Source of the DNA: a virus
Direction: 5' to 3' (one strand)
Virus record (IMG/VR): IMGVR_UViG_3300021378_000021
Location: 3,005-67,004 of that record
DNA length: 64,000 bases
A model generated the notes under the pieces. That model saw nothing but the letters and a program-made list of their open reading frames with translations. It had not been told where the DNA came from and ran no database searches. The translations under genes were made by a program, and so were the position numbers. Below, piece after piece: positions 8,390 to 18,582 of the stretch (position 1 is the stretch's first letter; every line of letters begins with the position of its first letter).

Positions 8390-10102
8390 TCAGGACATCA
8401 TACGTGAAAAACCTTTGACTTTCTCAAACCTTATGACACTTTGGAATTTGTCATGTAAGTCTGACTTATGAGAGATGACAAATATATTAGCATCCTTTAT
8501 CACATAACGAATAATTTTTAGGAACTCTTCGGTTCCAAATCCATCGAGTGAAGAGTCAAATACTTCGTCCATAATCAACAGGTTAGTGTTTACGGAATTT
8601 TTGAGTCTCGCAACTTCTCTCCAAGTGAAGAGTAGAGCCAAATCTACACGCATTTTTTCACCTTCACTAAAAGAACTATAAGAAAAGTTTTCGTGAATAG
8701 GTGACTCAATGGTTTCACCGAACTCCTCATCAAGTTTAAAGTTGATGTAGAAGTCCATCATTTGAAGATAACGATTAACCTGCTGATTGATGAATGGAAG
8801 ATACTTCTTGATGATTTTTGTTTTTACGCCATCGTCCCGAAGAAGGGAATAGGCAAAATCGTAATGAACGATTTCTTGTTTTTTGTCTGAAAGATATTCA
8901 ATTGTCTTTTGGAGATTGTCTTTAAACTGCTCTAATTTCTCATTCTCAGTATTTCTGTTTTGTAAGTTATTGGTAATAGTTTGAATTTCATGTTCAAGAT
9001 CTCTGATTTGTCTCTGGTTGAGGGAAATCCTAGTATTGTTTTGAGAAATGCCATGCGTTAGTTTTGTAATCTCCTTGGATAAGGAATTGAATTGACGCTC
9101 TCGTTCCTGTTCAAACTTGATTGTTTCTTCAAGATCTTCATAACCTTTCTTGAGTTCCTTTGCTTTATTTTGAGCGTCACTAATTCTATTTACACGAAAC
9201 TCTTCTTTGATGTCTTGTGTACAGGTAGGGCAGACCGTATTTTCTATGAAGAACTTATACTCTTTGGTAATGGTCGCAACCTTTTGTGAGATTTTACCTT
9301 TAAGATTGTTTAGTTTTGATAACTTCTCATGAGCACCAGTAACATCACTCATCTGTTCTTGAAGAGTTTCCATTCTATAATTCAAATCTTCATTACTTAA
9401 CATGTATGTGTTTTCTTCATCCAAGAGTTTATCAATTTTTACCTCGTTAGCATCAATATTCGCATGACCACGATTCTCAAGTTCTTCGATAAACTCTTGC
9501 TGCATCTGCATCTTATCTTTGAGATTATCCCTCTTAATATTCAAAGATTTAATTTGTTCTTTCTTTGTTCGAATATTATCTTTAATCAGACTATTCATCG
9601 CAGAGAAGATACGAATATCTAACAAGTCCTCAATCACCTCACGACGATTGGCAGTCGTTAATTGCATGAAAGGCACAAAGGTGCTACTACCAAGTATAAC
9701 AATTTGTGTAAATGACTTATAATTTACCTTAAGAATACTCTCCTCAAGAATGCGTTGATTAGCACGATCATCTGCTTCCTTATGAAGTGGATTACCATTC
9801 ACCTCAATATCAAAGATATTTGGTTTAATTCCACGACGAACCAAATAATCACGACTATTCACAGAGAACTCAATCTCCACTAAACAATCCCTCTCATTTG
9901 TAGCATTCGCAAGTTGTGGTTTATTAATCTTACGAAATGGTTTATTGAATAATACAAATGTAAGTGCATCTAACATCGTAGATTTACCTGCACCATTTGT
10001 TCCAATAATCAAATTAGTATGGTGTTGTTGAAAATCAATCTCTGTAAATTGATTTCCAGATGAAAGAAAGTTCTTATATCTAATCTTTTTGAAGGTTATC
10101 AT
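8390..10102 (-). CDS. gp46: Recombination endonuclease ATPase subunit (Rad50/SbcC-like)
   Basis: Walker A GTNGAGKST, coiled coils with CPTC zinc hook, FSEGE signature, LLIMDEVFDSSLD. Confidence 0.97.
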   Translation of the reverse strand: MITFKKIRYKNFLSSGNQFTEIDFQQHHTNLIIGTNGAGKSTMLDALTFVLFNKPFRKINKPQLANATNERDCLVEIEFSVNSRDYLVRRGIKPNIFDIEVNGNPLHKEADDRANQRILEESILKVNYKSFTQIVILGSSTFVPFMQLTTANRREVIEDLLDIRIFSAMNSLIKDNIRTKKEQIKSLNIKRDNLKDKMQMQQEFIEELENRGHANIDANEVKIDKLLDEENTYMLSNEDLNYRMETLQEQMSDVTGAHEKLSKLNNLKGKISQKVATITKEYKFFIENTVCPTCTQDIKEEFRVNRISDAQNKAKELKKGYEDLEETIKFEQERERQFNSLSKEITKLTHGISQNNTRISLNQRQIRDLEHEIQTITNNLQNRNTENEKLEQFKDNLQKTIEYLSDKKQEIVHYDFAYSLLRDDGVKTKIIKKYLPFINQQVNRYLQMMDFYINFKLDEEFGETIESPIHENFSYSSFSEGEKMRVDLALLFTWREVARLKNSVNTNLLIMDEVFDSSLDGFGTEEFLKIIRYVIKDANIFVISHKSDLHDKFQSVIRFEKVKGFSRMMS

Positions 10103-10355
10103 TCTTAGGAGGGATCACAATGTCATTAGGTGTAATAATCGTATACTTGTATGAATAATGTTTACAAGTTTTTATAGCAAGGTCATCATCAACTTCTACA
10201 ATATCCATATCAGCATCTTCTTCGTCATATAGCATCATAGCATATCTTTCGGCATCATCTTCTTCCTCAAACAAAAATAACACTTTATGCCCATACTTAT
10301 CCTGGACAGCATAAGCACCGTCATCTTTACCATCTTTGAGAGTTAGAAGATACAT
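10080..10355 (-). CDS. Conserved cyanophage hypothetical protein
   Basis: Acidic 91-aa ORF between gp47 and gp46 (LFEEEDDAERY, ITPNDIVIPP). Confidence 0.75.
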   Translation of the reverse strand: MYLLTLKDGKDDGAYAVQDKYGHKVLFLFEEEDDAERYAMMLYDEEDADMDIVEVDDDLAIKTCKHYSYKYTIITPNDIVIPPKNDNLQKD

Positions 10356-10522
10356 TATCTAATATCCATATCAAACCACTGCATTAATTGTTCTTTAGAT
10401 AAATTTGTATCATTCTGTTTGATATATTCATTTATAACAATTTCTTTCCAAAGAAGGTTATTTTTTCTTTTAAGACACCACATCCAATCATCGTCCCATT
10501 GAGTTCCAGTAAGATCGAACAT
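10355..10522 (-). CDS. Hypothetical protein (55 aa)
   Basis: Start reassigned to MFDLTGTQW just after the gp47 stop; TAATG-coupled to the next ORF. Confidence 0.55.
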   Translation of the reverse strand: MFDLTGTQWDDDWMWCLKRKNNLLWKEIVINEYIKQNDTNLSKEQLMQWFDMDIR

Positions 10523-10523
10523 T

Positions 10524-11558
10524 TTATTCCACCTCGCAAGCCTGACTATACAAATCTTGGAAGATACCTTTGATAATGTTTTTATCAAGATCAAATTCAG
10601 ACTCTTCAATATATCGATTTAGAATTGAAAGTGTATTCTCTTCTTCATCAATATCAAATTCTTCAGACTCTTGAATTTCAAAGTTCTCAATTATTTTTAA
10701 ATCATGAACTCCAACAGTATAAAGTTTATCAATAAACTTCTCAAAATCTTTGGGTTTTGTTTTTTTGCGGACAATAACCTTTACAATTTTGTTTTCATAT
10801 TCAGTTACATTGAAGAGTTTGTGATTGGTGTCTTCGTAATAGATGTTATAAAATAATTTATAAGGATTATTAACTGGAGTATGAGTGAGGGTTTCCGTAT
10901 CAAAGATATGAAATCCTCTCGTATCATTTACATCATTCCAATACATCTCATAAGGATTTCCTAAGTAGAAGATTTTTCCGTTGTCGGATCGAGTGTGATA
11001 GTGTCCCGAGAATACCTTTTCGAACTTCTCAAATAATTTGCAGTCCATACCGTCTTCCATGACGTGGCCACGATGAGCTCTGAATCCGTTGAGCTCAAGG
11101 TGCCCCATCGCACATATGCTAGATGTATTTTTAATAGATTTGACAGTATTCTCAAAGTTCTCTGCATTGATCCAAGGTATAAACAGTATTTTTAATTTAT
11201 CTAATGTAATCTCTGATACTTCACTATATGTCTTAATATTATTGTAAGTCTGTAGAAGAAGTTCTGGGGAGTTTACATTATTGGTATTCTTATAATAACA
11301 ATCATGATTACCAATAATCATATGAACATTACAATTTTTGAGTCTGTCAAATACAACTCTCTTTGACCACTCAAGACTTTGATAATCAATTGACTTACGA
11401 CTATCAAAGGCATCACCCATATGAATAACAGTATCAATTCCTTCTGCTTCTAAAGTAGGAAAGAATACATCATCATAGAACTTCTCAAAATGATCATGCA
11501 GGTGCTTAGATCCCTTCCTCGCACCATAATGACTGTCAGTAATAATTGCGACCTTCAT
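10524..11558 (-). CDS. gp47: Recombination endonuclease nuclease subunit (Mre11/SbcD-like)
   Basis: Phosphoesterase motifs DSH, GDAFD, GNHD, GH, SGHYH. Confidence 0.97.
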   Translation of the reverse strand: MKVAIITDSHYGARKGSKHLHDHFEKFYDDVFFPTLEAEGIDTVIHMGDAFDSRKSIDYQSLEWSKRVVFDRLKNCNVHMIIGNHDCYYKNTNNVNSPELLLQTYNNIKTYSEVSEITLDKLKILFIPWINAENFENTVKSIKNTSSICAMGHLELNGFRAHRGHVMEDGMDCKLFEKFEKVFSGHYHTRSDNGKIFYLGNPYEMYWNDVNDTRGFHIFDTETLTHTPVNNPYKLFYNIYYEDTNHKLFNVTEYENKIVKVIVRKKTKPKDFEKFIDKLYTVGVHDLKIIENFEIQESEEFDIDEEENTLSILNRYIEESEFDLDKNIIKGIFQDLYSQACEVE

Positions 11559-12079
11559 CGGTTCTTATATTGAATTGCATCTTTAATTGAATTATACTCT
11601 GAACTATGCCCAGAAAGCAAGCTATCGTCAATAACCATAACTTCATCAAATCCAGTCTTCTCAATAATCTTGGTCTTTATTTCCAATTGCTTCTTCTCCT
11701 TCTGTATGCGTCTCAGGAAGGCATAATGAATAATCTGAGTAAAGTATGCAAAAGGGTTCTTAGACCTTTCTGGGTCGAAATTATGAATATACTGGACGCA
11801 ATTTTCTATCCCATCAGAAATCATATCTTCACGGAACATGTAGTTCACAAAGTTGGGTTTATATGAGAGGTGTGTCGCAATCTTAAGAAAACACTCACCA
11901 AGATAATCTGGAATACGTGGTTTACCTTCCCATTTTTTTCCTCTTTCCTGTTTCGGAAACTCAGTGAGGTCTTTATTGAAAGTCTTCATGTATGATTTTT
12001 CTACCTTAGTTCGATAGACAATCATTGCCTCCAATAACTCTTTATTGTTTACATAATGTTCTGATTTCTTCTTGGGCAT
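11555..12079 (-). CDS. gp55: Late-transcription sigma factor
   Basis: HYVNNKE, IATHLSYKPNFVNY, DMISDGIENC, NPFAYFTQI. Confidence 0.97.
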   Translation of the reverse strand: MPKKKSEHYVNNKELLEAMIVYRTKVEKSYMKTFNKDLTEFPKQERGKKWEGKPRIPDYLGECFLKIATHLSYKPNFVNYMFREDMISDGIENCVQYIHNFDPERSKNPFAYFTQIIHYAFLRRIQKEKKQLEIKTKIIEKTGFDEVMVIDDSLLSGHSSEYNSIKDAIQYKNR

Positions 12080-12112
12080 AATTCATTACTCTTTAAAGTA
12101 TAAGTTGTTCTA

Positions 12113-12142
12113 ATTATACCACACTTCACAAGGGCTTGACAA
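12113..12142 (-). promoter_or_regulatory. Sigma70-type promoter for gp55 (TTGTCA-N18-TATAAT, with extended -10 TG)
   Basis: -10 at 12113-12118, -35 at 12137-12142 on the minus strand. Confidence 0.65.
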
Positions 12143-12164
12143 GATGTTGAATTGTATGTAGACT
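12136..12164 (+). promoter_or_regulatory. Divergent (antisense) sigma70-type promoter TTGACA-N17-TAGACT
   Basis: Consensus -35 at 12136-12141, 17-nt spacer, -10 at 12159-12164; no plus-strand gene downstream. Confidence 0.5.
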
Positions 12165-12191
12165 ACCTTTGTTAGGGTTGAAGAGGAGGAC

Positions 12192-12629
12192 TTAGCTTTC
12201 TTTAGTATCTTCAAGTTTAAAGATATTCTCTAGAGTTTTTCTTGCTTCTTCTACTGTTGATAAGTATCCCATCTTTCTAGACGGAATAATCTTACCTGAA
12301 GGTTTTTCATTAGAGGAAGATTGAGGATTGTAAATATCCATATCATCTTCATCCTCAATATAGTTAGTATATATTTCAATCATTCTTTTATCATGTGTTT
12401 CTGTCATGGTAAGAATTTTATCAGGTCTTACAATAAAGAAATCATCAGATGCTAATTCCATCCATGACTTAACTTTAACATGCATTCCATGTTGAGAACG
12501 TAGAAGTTTCATTGTGATTGGATTCTGCATCACAACCAAAGGATCCCCATCATTCTCATCGATTGAGACCAGTGATAATATTTCTTCCCCAGATACCAAT
12601 TTTATAATTGCGTAAAATTCATCTCCCAT
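12192..12629 (-). CDS. Conserved hypothetical protein between uvsW and gp55 (possible Sm-like fold)
   Basis: IKLVSGEEI N-terminus, C-terminal MGYLSTVEEARKTLE; usual synteny in cyanophages. Confidence 0.8.
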   Translation of the reverse strand: MGDEFYAIIKLVSGEEILSLVSIDENDGDPLVVMQNPITMKLLRSQHGMHVKVKSWMELASDDFFIVRPDKILTMTETHDKRMIEIYTNYIEDEDDMDIYNPQSSSNEKPSGKIIPSRKMGYLSTVEEARKTLENIFKLEDTKES

Positions 12630-14092
12630 TAGTTCTTTAGCGGTATGTTTACAATATCATAATTAAAATTTTCTTCATTATAAACTTTAATTCTTTCGAT
12701 TAGATGATTAAGTGTATAGTTCCTCCTGGATTTGTAGGATATGTCGTCAGCAATGTCATAGAGAGTTGCCTTGGTCTTGTTATTACCTTTCCTAAGCACC
12801 CTTCCAATAGACTGGAGATTCCGAATTCTAGATTTGGATGGAGAAGCAAAAATGACATTGTGGAGATTTTTAATATTAATTCCTGTACTGAATGTTCCGT
12901 ATGATGCAACAATAATCGCATTATTTTCTTTTTCAGTAATCTCCCTTACTTGTTCTCGATCCTTTGTATCTACTCCACCATGGACAAAAAATACTTGTCT
13001 TTCATCAACCGTATTATTATTTATCATGTGATATAGTGGCTCACCATGACCTTCAACTCTTGCAAAAAGAATGAGAGTATTACCTTTAAGATCTAGTGCA
13101 AGATTTCTTATGAACTTATTTCTACGTTCATGATTGATAATATACTGAACTTCTTCTTCAAAGTTTTCAAACTTATGTGCTGGGTGCTTCAGTAGAAGTA
13201 CATTGATATCCAGTTTAGCAACATGACCCTTCGACATTAACTCTTCGGTACGAATGATTTTATACGAAGCACCAAACAATCCCTCAAGAACCCATTTATG
13301 AGTTTGTGTTCCATCAAGTGTTCCGGTAAAACCAAAACGATATTTTGCATCCGCAAGTTTTGACATTATAGATATTAATGACTTTGATTTAAACTGGTGT
13401 GCTTCGTCTCCGATAACTACATTAAATCTAGAAAAGTATTTGCGGGGGAGTTTGTAAATAGACTGCCAGGTAGTAATAATAACTTGAGAATCCGTTTCTC
13501 TTTCCTTCCCCGCATAGATTTTGTGACAATATGAACCTACATCCCAACCATAGTCTGCAAAGTCTTTATACATCTGCTCTACTAGCGAAGTCGTCGGAAC
13601 GACTATCAGAATATTTTGTTTCTTCTCAACGTAATATCTCACAAGAGAATATATCATCAGAGACTTTCCAGAAGCAGTTGGGGATATCAACAACTTTCTA
13701 TTATGTTTTAAAGCGTCGTATACTCCCTCAACTTGGTAATCTCTCGGAGAATACTTGCAAATAGCATTCATATAATCTTTTACACCTTCCTTTGAGATAA
13801 AGTCATTCGTCTCAAAAGGAAGACCATAATACTTATTATCTACAAACTCATAAGTATATCCATGGTCATCACAAAACTTTGTAACCTTATCCAACAATCC
13901 AACGTAAATCTCTCCAGTTTGGGTATTAAATAATCTTATCTTTCCATCCCAGTATTTACTACGATATGAGGACATAAACTTTGCACCAGGAACCTCAAAG
14001 GTAAACTGGTCTGATAATTCATAGTATACATGAGGTTCTGCCTTAACCTGTAAATATACTTCATTCTTTTTTGATATAATCAAATGAGACAT
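12629..14092 (-). CDS. uvsW: UvsW DNA helicase
   Basis: SF2 motifs SPTASGKS, DEAH, TGT, QSIGRVLR. Confidence 0.97.
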   Translation of the reverse strand: MSHLIISKKNEVYLQVKAEPHVYYELSDQFTFEVPGAKFMSSYRSKYWDGKIRLFNTQTGEIYVGLLDKVTKFCDDHGYTYEFVDNKYYGLPFETNDFISKEGVKDYMNAICKYSPRDYQVEGVYDALKHNRKLLISPTASGKSLMIYSLVRYYVEKKQNILIVVPTTSLVEQMYKDFADYGWDVGSYCHKIYAGKERETDSQVIITTWQSIYKLPRKYFSRFNVVIGDEAHQFKSKSLISIMSKLADAKYRFGFTGTLDGTQTHKWVLEGLFGASYKIIRTEELMSKGHVAKLDINVLLLKHPAHKFENFEEEVQYIINHERRNKFIRNLALDLKGNTLILFARVEGHGEPLYHMINNNTVDERQVFFVHGGVDTKDREQVREITEKENNAIIVASYGTFSTGINIKNLHNVIFASPSKSRIRNLQSIGRVLRKGNNKTKATLYDIADDISYKSRRNYTLNHLIERIKVYNEENFNYDIVNIPLKN

Positions 14093-14117
14093 AACTCATA
14101 GGTTCACCTATAAGTAT

Positions 14118-14300
14118 TTAGTTCATGTTGTCAAACTGATGCTCTAAAATAAGTCTATAAAAATTATCTCTCATCGCAATCAGGTTCTCCTGTTCTTCTG
14201 GTTCTCCTCCAGACCATTTTTGTACTGCTTGACTAAGTCCTGTGTGAATTAACCTAATTCCTCTAATATTTAATTCGATAGAGTAATATTCATCGTCCAT
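14118..14300 (-). CDS. Hypothetical protein (60 aa)
   Basis: Coupled to the uvsY stop (TAATG). Confidence 0.65.
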   Translation of the reverse strand: MDDEYYSIELNIRGIRLIHTGLSQAVQKWSGGEPEEQENLIAMRDNFYRLILEHQFDNMN

Positions 14301-14731
14301 TAGTTAAAACCTGCTTGAAATTTGTGCCAGTCGATTGAGTTTTTAATTTGGAAAGTTCTATTCGAAACTGTCTTAATAATTTCCTCCAAGAACTTGAGCA
14401 TCACATCATAATAACGAACTTTGAGGTCAATAGTATTTAACTTCTCATCAGCATCCATATACCTCTGTAGTGCTTCTTTATCTCTAACCTTATAGGGAAA
14501 TGGTTCTTCGGCATAAACCTCTGCTGTTGCCTTTCCTGTGTAGTAGTTGTATCTTTCTAACTTTACACGATTATAAGTTCCTCTTGCCTTCTCTCTCAAA
14601 AGAGTAATGGTATTATATAAGGTATAATATTTTGAATGGAGTTGTGGAATTTTTAATGATTCATCATGTAGGTTATCAGGATCGATTTGAGAATCTTTTT
14701 CCCACATCTCCTGAATTTGATCAAGGTTCAT
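14300..14731 (-). CDS. uvsY: Recombination mediator UvsY
   Basis: DSQIDPDNL...SLKIPQLHSKY...IKNSIDWHKFQAG; synteny gp3-uvsY-uvsW. Confidence 0.93.
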   Translation of the reverse strand: MNLDQIQEMWEKDSQIDPDNLHDESLKIPQLHSKYYTLYNTITLLREKARGTYNRVKLERYNYYTGKATAEVYAEEPFPYKVRDKEALQRYMDADEKLNTIDLKVRYYDVMLKFLEEIIKTVSNRTFQIKNSIDWHKFQAGFN

Positions 14732-15276
14732 AGAGGTGTTCTGTTATCAGCAGATAATACATTATACACAGTATACTTGAAAGTGACCTCTGCTGTAAAG
14801 TAGTTGATGTCCGTATCACTTGCTTCAAATTCTAAAGAGGTCAAATAAACTGGAAATAAATCTCTAAATTTTACAATAGCAACATCTCTAAAGTTGCTAT
14901 TTAAAATATGAAGACTTCCGTCACTAAACTGTTCTTTTAAATCTCTTACTCCATCAGCATTTGTTGTTAAATCTTTAAACTCTTGTGCTGTCTCTGGAAA
15001 ACCTAAACCTGTCATCCAATTATGAATTGCCATATAGTTGACCATATTTTCATCAACTAAAAATCTTAAAGAAAAATCTCCATAAGTAAGTTTTTCTCCA
15101 GGAACATCAATATCCTTAAGATAAGTCGGTTGAACTGCTGTTCCTAGACTTATATTGGGAATACTGGCAGAGTTTGAAAAAAAATCAACCTTTGGTTCTT
15201 TTGCTAATGTGAATTTAAAACCAACAGGTGATAAAAAATTTCTATTTCCTATCTGCTTACCAAATGCCGTCGCCAT
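14728..15276 (-). CDS. gp3: Tail tube terminator / tail completion protein
   Basis: NFLSPVGFKF...PGEKLTYGDFSLRFLVDENMVNY..IHNWM; position downstream of gp23. Confidence 0.88.
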   Translation of the reverse strand: MATAFGKQIGNRNFLSPVGFKFTLAKEPKVDFFSNSASIPNISLGTAVQPTYLKDIDVPGEKLTYGDFSLRFLVDENMVNYMAIHNWMTGLGFPETAQEFKDLTTNADGVRDLKEQFSDGSLHILNSNFRDVAIVKFRDLFPVYLTSLEFEASDTDINYFTAEVTFKYTVYNVLSADNRTPL

Positions 15277-15296
15277 TGTTTTATTTGTATTTAGAT

Positions 15297-15322
15297 AAAA
15301 AAAGAGACCCTTTCGGGTCTCT
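15297..15322 (-). terminator. Rho-independent terminator after gp23
   Basis: AGAGACCC-GAAA-GGGTCTCT followed by a T-run on the minus strand. Confidence 0.9.
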
Positions 15323-15345
15323 GTGAGAAATATGTGAACCGTAGA

Positions 15346-16713
15346 TCACATGAGGTTTTGAACCTTGACTCTTCTGTAGTAACGGTTTGCGTTAGTCTGC
15401 AGTCTACCAGGATTGACAACAGGAGCAGCACCTTCTGCGAAGGGGTTAGCAACAATGCCGTAACGAGTCTTGAATCCGATTTTAGGCTGGAAGGTGTTCT
15501 CTCCAACTGCACGAACCATCTGAAGAGGAACGTAAGGGCAATAGAACAGACCTGCGTCATAAGGTGAAGAACCTTTATAACCAGCAACATAGTATTGTGC
15601 AGCTGCTTGGTTTGCAGAATAAGGATCGATATAGACCTTATACTTACCAGCAAGAACACCTGCGAAGGTGTTACCGGTGTCATCAACGTTCAGGTTTGCA
15701 TTGAGTGCAGGGGTGTAATCAAGTACACCAGCCATGGTCAATGCGGAAGCAACGTCTGCGGAACACAGAATCATGTTGCCCTTTCCTCTACGAGTTCTTT
15801 GTGCGATTGCGTTCGCATCTCTCTCGATTTGGAAAATAAGACCTTTGAACTTCTCAACAGACCAACGTCCATTGGAGTCAACGTCAAGGTCAAAAGTACC
15901 GGCAGTAGCAACGTTTGCTTGAGCACCGGGTTCAGCAACCTTATAGATGGTTCTGATGACTTCTCTGTTGATTTCCGCAAGGATTTCAGTGGAGAGAATG
16001 TTGGCAAGTTCTGCCTCGGCATTCAATCCGTGGATTGCCTTGAGGTCTTGTGCCAGTTCCAAAGAATACTCTGCTTTCAGAGCACGGGACTTAGCAGTAA
16101 CGGTGACTTTCTCAATCGAGAATGCCATCTCGTTGAAATCAACAGCACCACCGTCTCCAAGAGCTTCGGAGTTTGCTGTGGACATACCCTGACCGACGTT
16201 ATATCCGGTTTGGGTTTGAGCAGATGGGCTGAGAAGTCCTGGATTAGATCCACTCTGATTTCCAGTGGTTCCTAAACCAACGTTTGCTTCCTGACCAGCA
16301 ACATAAGAGTTGGTGCCGTCAAAACCGAGTCCGCTGTTAGAGAATCCGGTATTTGCTTCGTCGAAGAGTGCTTCTGCACCACTTTGATTCGTGAAGCGTG
16401 AACGCATTGCGAAGATCAGTCCAGTAGGACCGTTCATCGGTTGAACGCCTGCAAGGTCATATGCGACCAGGTTAGGCATTGCGCGTCTGATCAATGAGAT
16501 CAGAACGGGGTCGAAGTTAGCAACTCCGGAACCGGTTGAGTTTGTAGGTGCTTCTGAAAGAAACTCACGCTCCTCACTAAGCATTTTTTCTTGGTTCTCC
16601 AGAAGAACTGCGGTAACCATTCTCTTATGAGCATCATTGATGCCTCCGAGACCCTCGTGGTTGAGGATAGGTGCCCACTTCTCCTGAAGGTGTTCAGCAT
16701 TGAAACCTTGCAT
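15346..16713 (-). CDS. gp23: Major capsid protein
   Basis: KWAPIL, LENQ, GVQPMNGPTGLIFAMR, KSRALKAEYSLELAQDLKAIHG, FQPKIGFKTRYG. Confidence 0.99.
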   Translation of the reverse strand: MQGFNAEHLQEKWAPILNHEGLGGINDAHKRMVTAVLLENQEKMLSEEREFLSEAPTNSTGSGVANFDPVLISLIRRAMPNLVAYDLAGVQPMNGPTGLIFAMRSRFTNQSGAEALFDEANTGFSNSGLGFDGTNSYVAGQEANVGLGTTGNQSGSNPGLLSPSAQTQTGYNVGQGMSTANSEALGDGGAVDFNEMAFSIEKVTVTAKSRALKAEYSLELAQDLKAIHGLNAEAELANILSTEILAEINREVIRTIYKVAEPGAQANVATAGTFDLDVDSNGRWSVEKFKGLIFQIERDANAIAQRTRRGKGNMILCSADVASALTMAGVLDYTPALNANLNVDDTGNTFAGVLAGKYKVYIDPYSANQAAAQYYVAGYKGSSPYDAGLFYCPYVPLQMVRAVGENTFQPKIGFKTRYGIVANPFAEGAAPVVNPGRLQTNANRYYRRVKVQNLM

Positions 16714-16760
16714 TTGAATTTACCTTGTTAAAAATTTTAGTTTGATTTATAATTAAAAAA

Positions 16761-17885
16761 TCACTTTTGCGAAACTCTAGTCAGAGTATCGAGATAGGAT
16801 TCCATTAGACCAGTAACTGGTTGTGCAATGGACTCTGAACTCTCGGAAATATTCTCTGAGTTGTCTCTTTGAGATCCGACATTTTCTGGGAAATAAGAAT
16901 TTCTCAGGGTTGCCAGTTTCTCACGATAGTTGTCTTCACTATCAAACTCAACATTTTCTGCAAGAGAAGCGAGTTTATCCTTCTGCGAAAGTGCTAGACC
17001 TTCACAGACCTCGGAGAAGATTACATCAGCAACCGACTCAGCTAATCTTTGATTAAGAGCAATATTAGATTTAATTTGCTCGTTGAGTTTATCTTCCATT
17101 TCATCTAATTTCTCTACCATTGCGGTAGTTACATCATATTTCTCTTCAGGGATGTTTACATAATGATCTTCAAAAAGACTTCTCATTCCAGTGAGGAATG
17201 ATTCGGTCATTTCTGCCTTGAGACCTTGCTCGATTGCGAGTTGATTTTCGGAAATCCACTCTTCGGCAACGTACTCAAGATATGCATCAACTCTATCGGT
17301 CAGTTCTTCCTTAATAGCAGAAACTTCTTCTTCAAGAGTTGTTTCGTATTGTGCCTTCAGTTCTTCTTGAACTTCGGCAACTTTTGTTTTGATAGCAGTT
17401 TCGAAAATAGTACGTGCTTTTTCTTGGAAGTCTTCAGAAAGTTCTTCACCTTGAAGTAAGGCATCAACATCTTCTTCGACGTTATATTCTACTTCAAGTA
17501 CTTCCTCTTCAGATACAACTTCTTCTTCAGAAGTTTCTTCTTCGGCAACTACTTCTTCGGCAGATGCAGTGGTCTCTTCTTCTTCGACTACTTCACCTTC
17601 AACTTCCTCTTCTTCCTTCATACCAGTAGGCATGGGTTCAGCAGGTTTTGCGCCCCTGTTCACAATGTCTTTGACAGTTGCGATTTTGGGTTCTGCGAGT
17701 TTAGCAGAGTTGTCGTCTACTTTATAGTTTTCTGGAGTAGGACCACCGAGATCTTCGTAACTGCCAGTTTGACCAGGGGTCGAAACACCGGAAGCATTAC
17801 TTCCAGATTTTGGCATTACCTCAGATGCAGCAGCTCCTTTCGTTACTACGTTTTCCATTTCTTGTAAATTGCTACCAACGGACAT
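16761..17885 (-). CDS. gp22: Prohead core scaffolding protein
   Basis: Highly acidic coiled coil; LSEDFQEKARTIFE, YLEYVAEEW; between gp21 and gp23. Confidence 0.93.
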   Translation of the reverse strand: MSVGSNLQEMENVVTKGAAASEVMPKSGSNASGVSTPGQTGSYEDLGGPTPENYKVDDNSAKLAEPKIATVKDIVNRGAKPAEPMPTGMKEEEEVEGEVVEEEETTASAEEVVAEEETSEEEVVSEEEVLEVEYNVEEDVDALLQGEELSEDFQEKARTIFETAIKTKVAEVQEELKAQYETTLEEEVSAIKEELTDRVDAYLEYVAEEWISENQLAIEQGLKAEMTESFLTGMRSLFEDHYVNIPEEKYDVTTAMVEKLDEMEDKLNEQIKSNIALNQRLAESVADVIFSEVCEGLALSQKDKLASLAENVEFDSEDNYREKLATLRNSYFPENVGSQRDNSENISESSESIAQPVTGLMESYLDTLTRVSQK

Positions 17886-17918
17886 TTGATTTTATTAGAT
17901 TTTTTATACTAATATATT

Positions 17919-17926
17919 TATTTATA
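17919..17926 (-). promoter_or_regulatory. T4-type late promoter TATAAATA (gp22-gp23)
   Basis: Exact TATAAATA 33 nt upstream of the gp22 ATG. Confidence 0.85.
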
Positions 17927-17928
17927 AT

Positions 17929-18579
17929 TTAAAGATTTGATAAGAATTCGTTGAACAAGTTTAACTTATGTTCTTCGAGAACTTTTTGGTCAACGAGAGT
18001 GTTAATTCTCTTCTGAGTTCTTTCTGCGAGTTGCTCACGAAGAATTCCTCCTTCCCAAACCCACTCTTTTCCTTCCATAATTCCTGATACAAAAGCATCA
18101 GGAGCAGAAGGATCGGCAACGATATCAGCAGCAGTCGCTAACATGAAATCTTCACCAACAACTTTTATACCACCACGGTCTTCTTTTAATGATCCAACAC
18201 CACGAGAAGAAACTCCAAGCATCACACCTTCATCTAAAAGTGAAGATGCAATTTTACCCATAGGAGTATTAAGGATTTGTGCCTTACCTCTAAAATTACT
18301 ACCCTCTTGAGTGAGTGAAGTAATCTTATGAGAAACACGGTCAAGATTTACGGTAGGTCCATCAGGGTGACCAAGTTCTCCAAGAGCACGTCCCTTTTGG
18401 ACGAATGCTTCATTATATCTACTTACTTCACGAGAAAGAGTCTCCATAGGATACATTCTTCCATTACGATTTTTGAGATCACCTTGTAGGAAAACTCCTT
18501 CAATATAAAGTTTCTTATTAGAACCTTTACCTTCGGTAATAATCTTTACGTTTGAAATTTCTTCTGTGATAAGTTTCAT
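17929..18579 (-). CDS. gp21: Prohead protease
   Basis: MKLITE, LYIEGVFLQ, NRNGRMY, GELGHP, GVSSRGVGS, DIVADPSAPDA. Confidence 0.97.
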   Translation of the reverse strand: MKLITEEISNVKIITEGKGSNKKLYIEGVFLQGDLKNRNGRMYPMETLSREVSRYNEAFVQKGRALGELGHPDGPTVNLDRVSHKITSLTQEGSNFRGKAQILNTPMGKIASSLLDEGVMLGVSSRGVGSLKEDRGGIKVVGEDFMLATAADIVADPSAPDAFVSGIMEGKEWVWEGGILREQLAERTQKRINTLVDQKVLEEHKLNLFNEFLSNL

Positions 18580-18582
18580 TGT

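Noticed and set aside
15291-15686. 131-aa alternative-frame ORF overlapping the gp23 3' end
   Set aside because: Overlaps a highly conserved gene and runs through its terminator; no independent support
15595-16275. 226-aa plus-strand ORF and other plus-strand ORFs in the track (e.g. 4795-5286, 33204-33740, 45617-46153, 59359-59832)
   Set aside because: They are antisense shadows of well-supported minus-strand genes with no recognisable motifs
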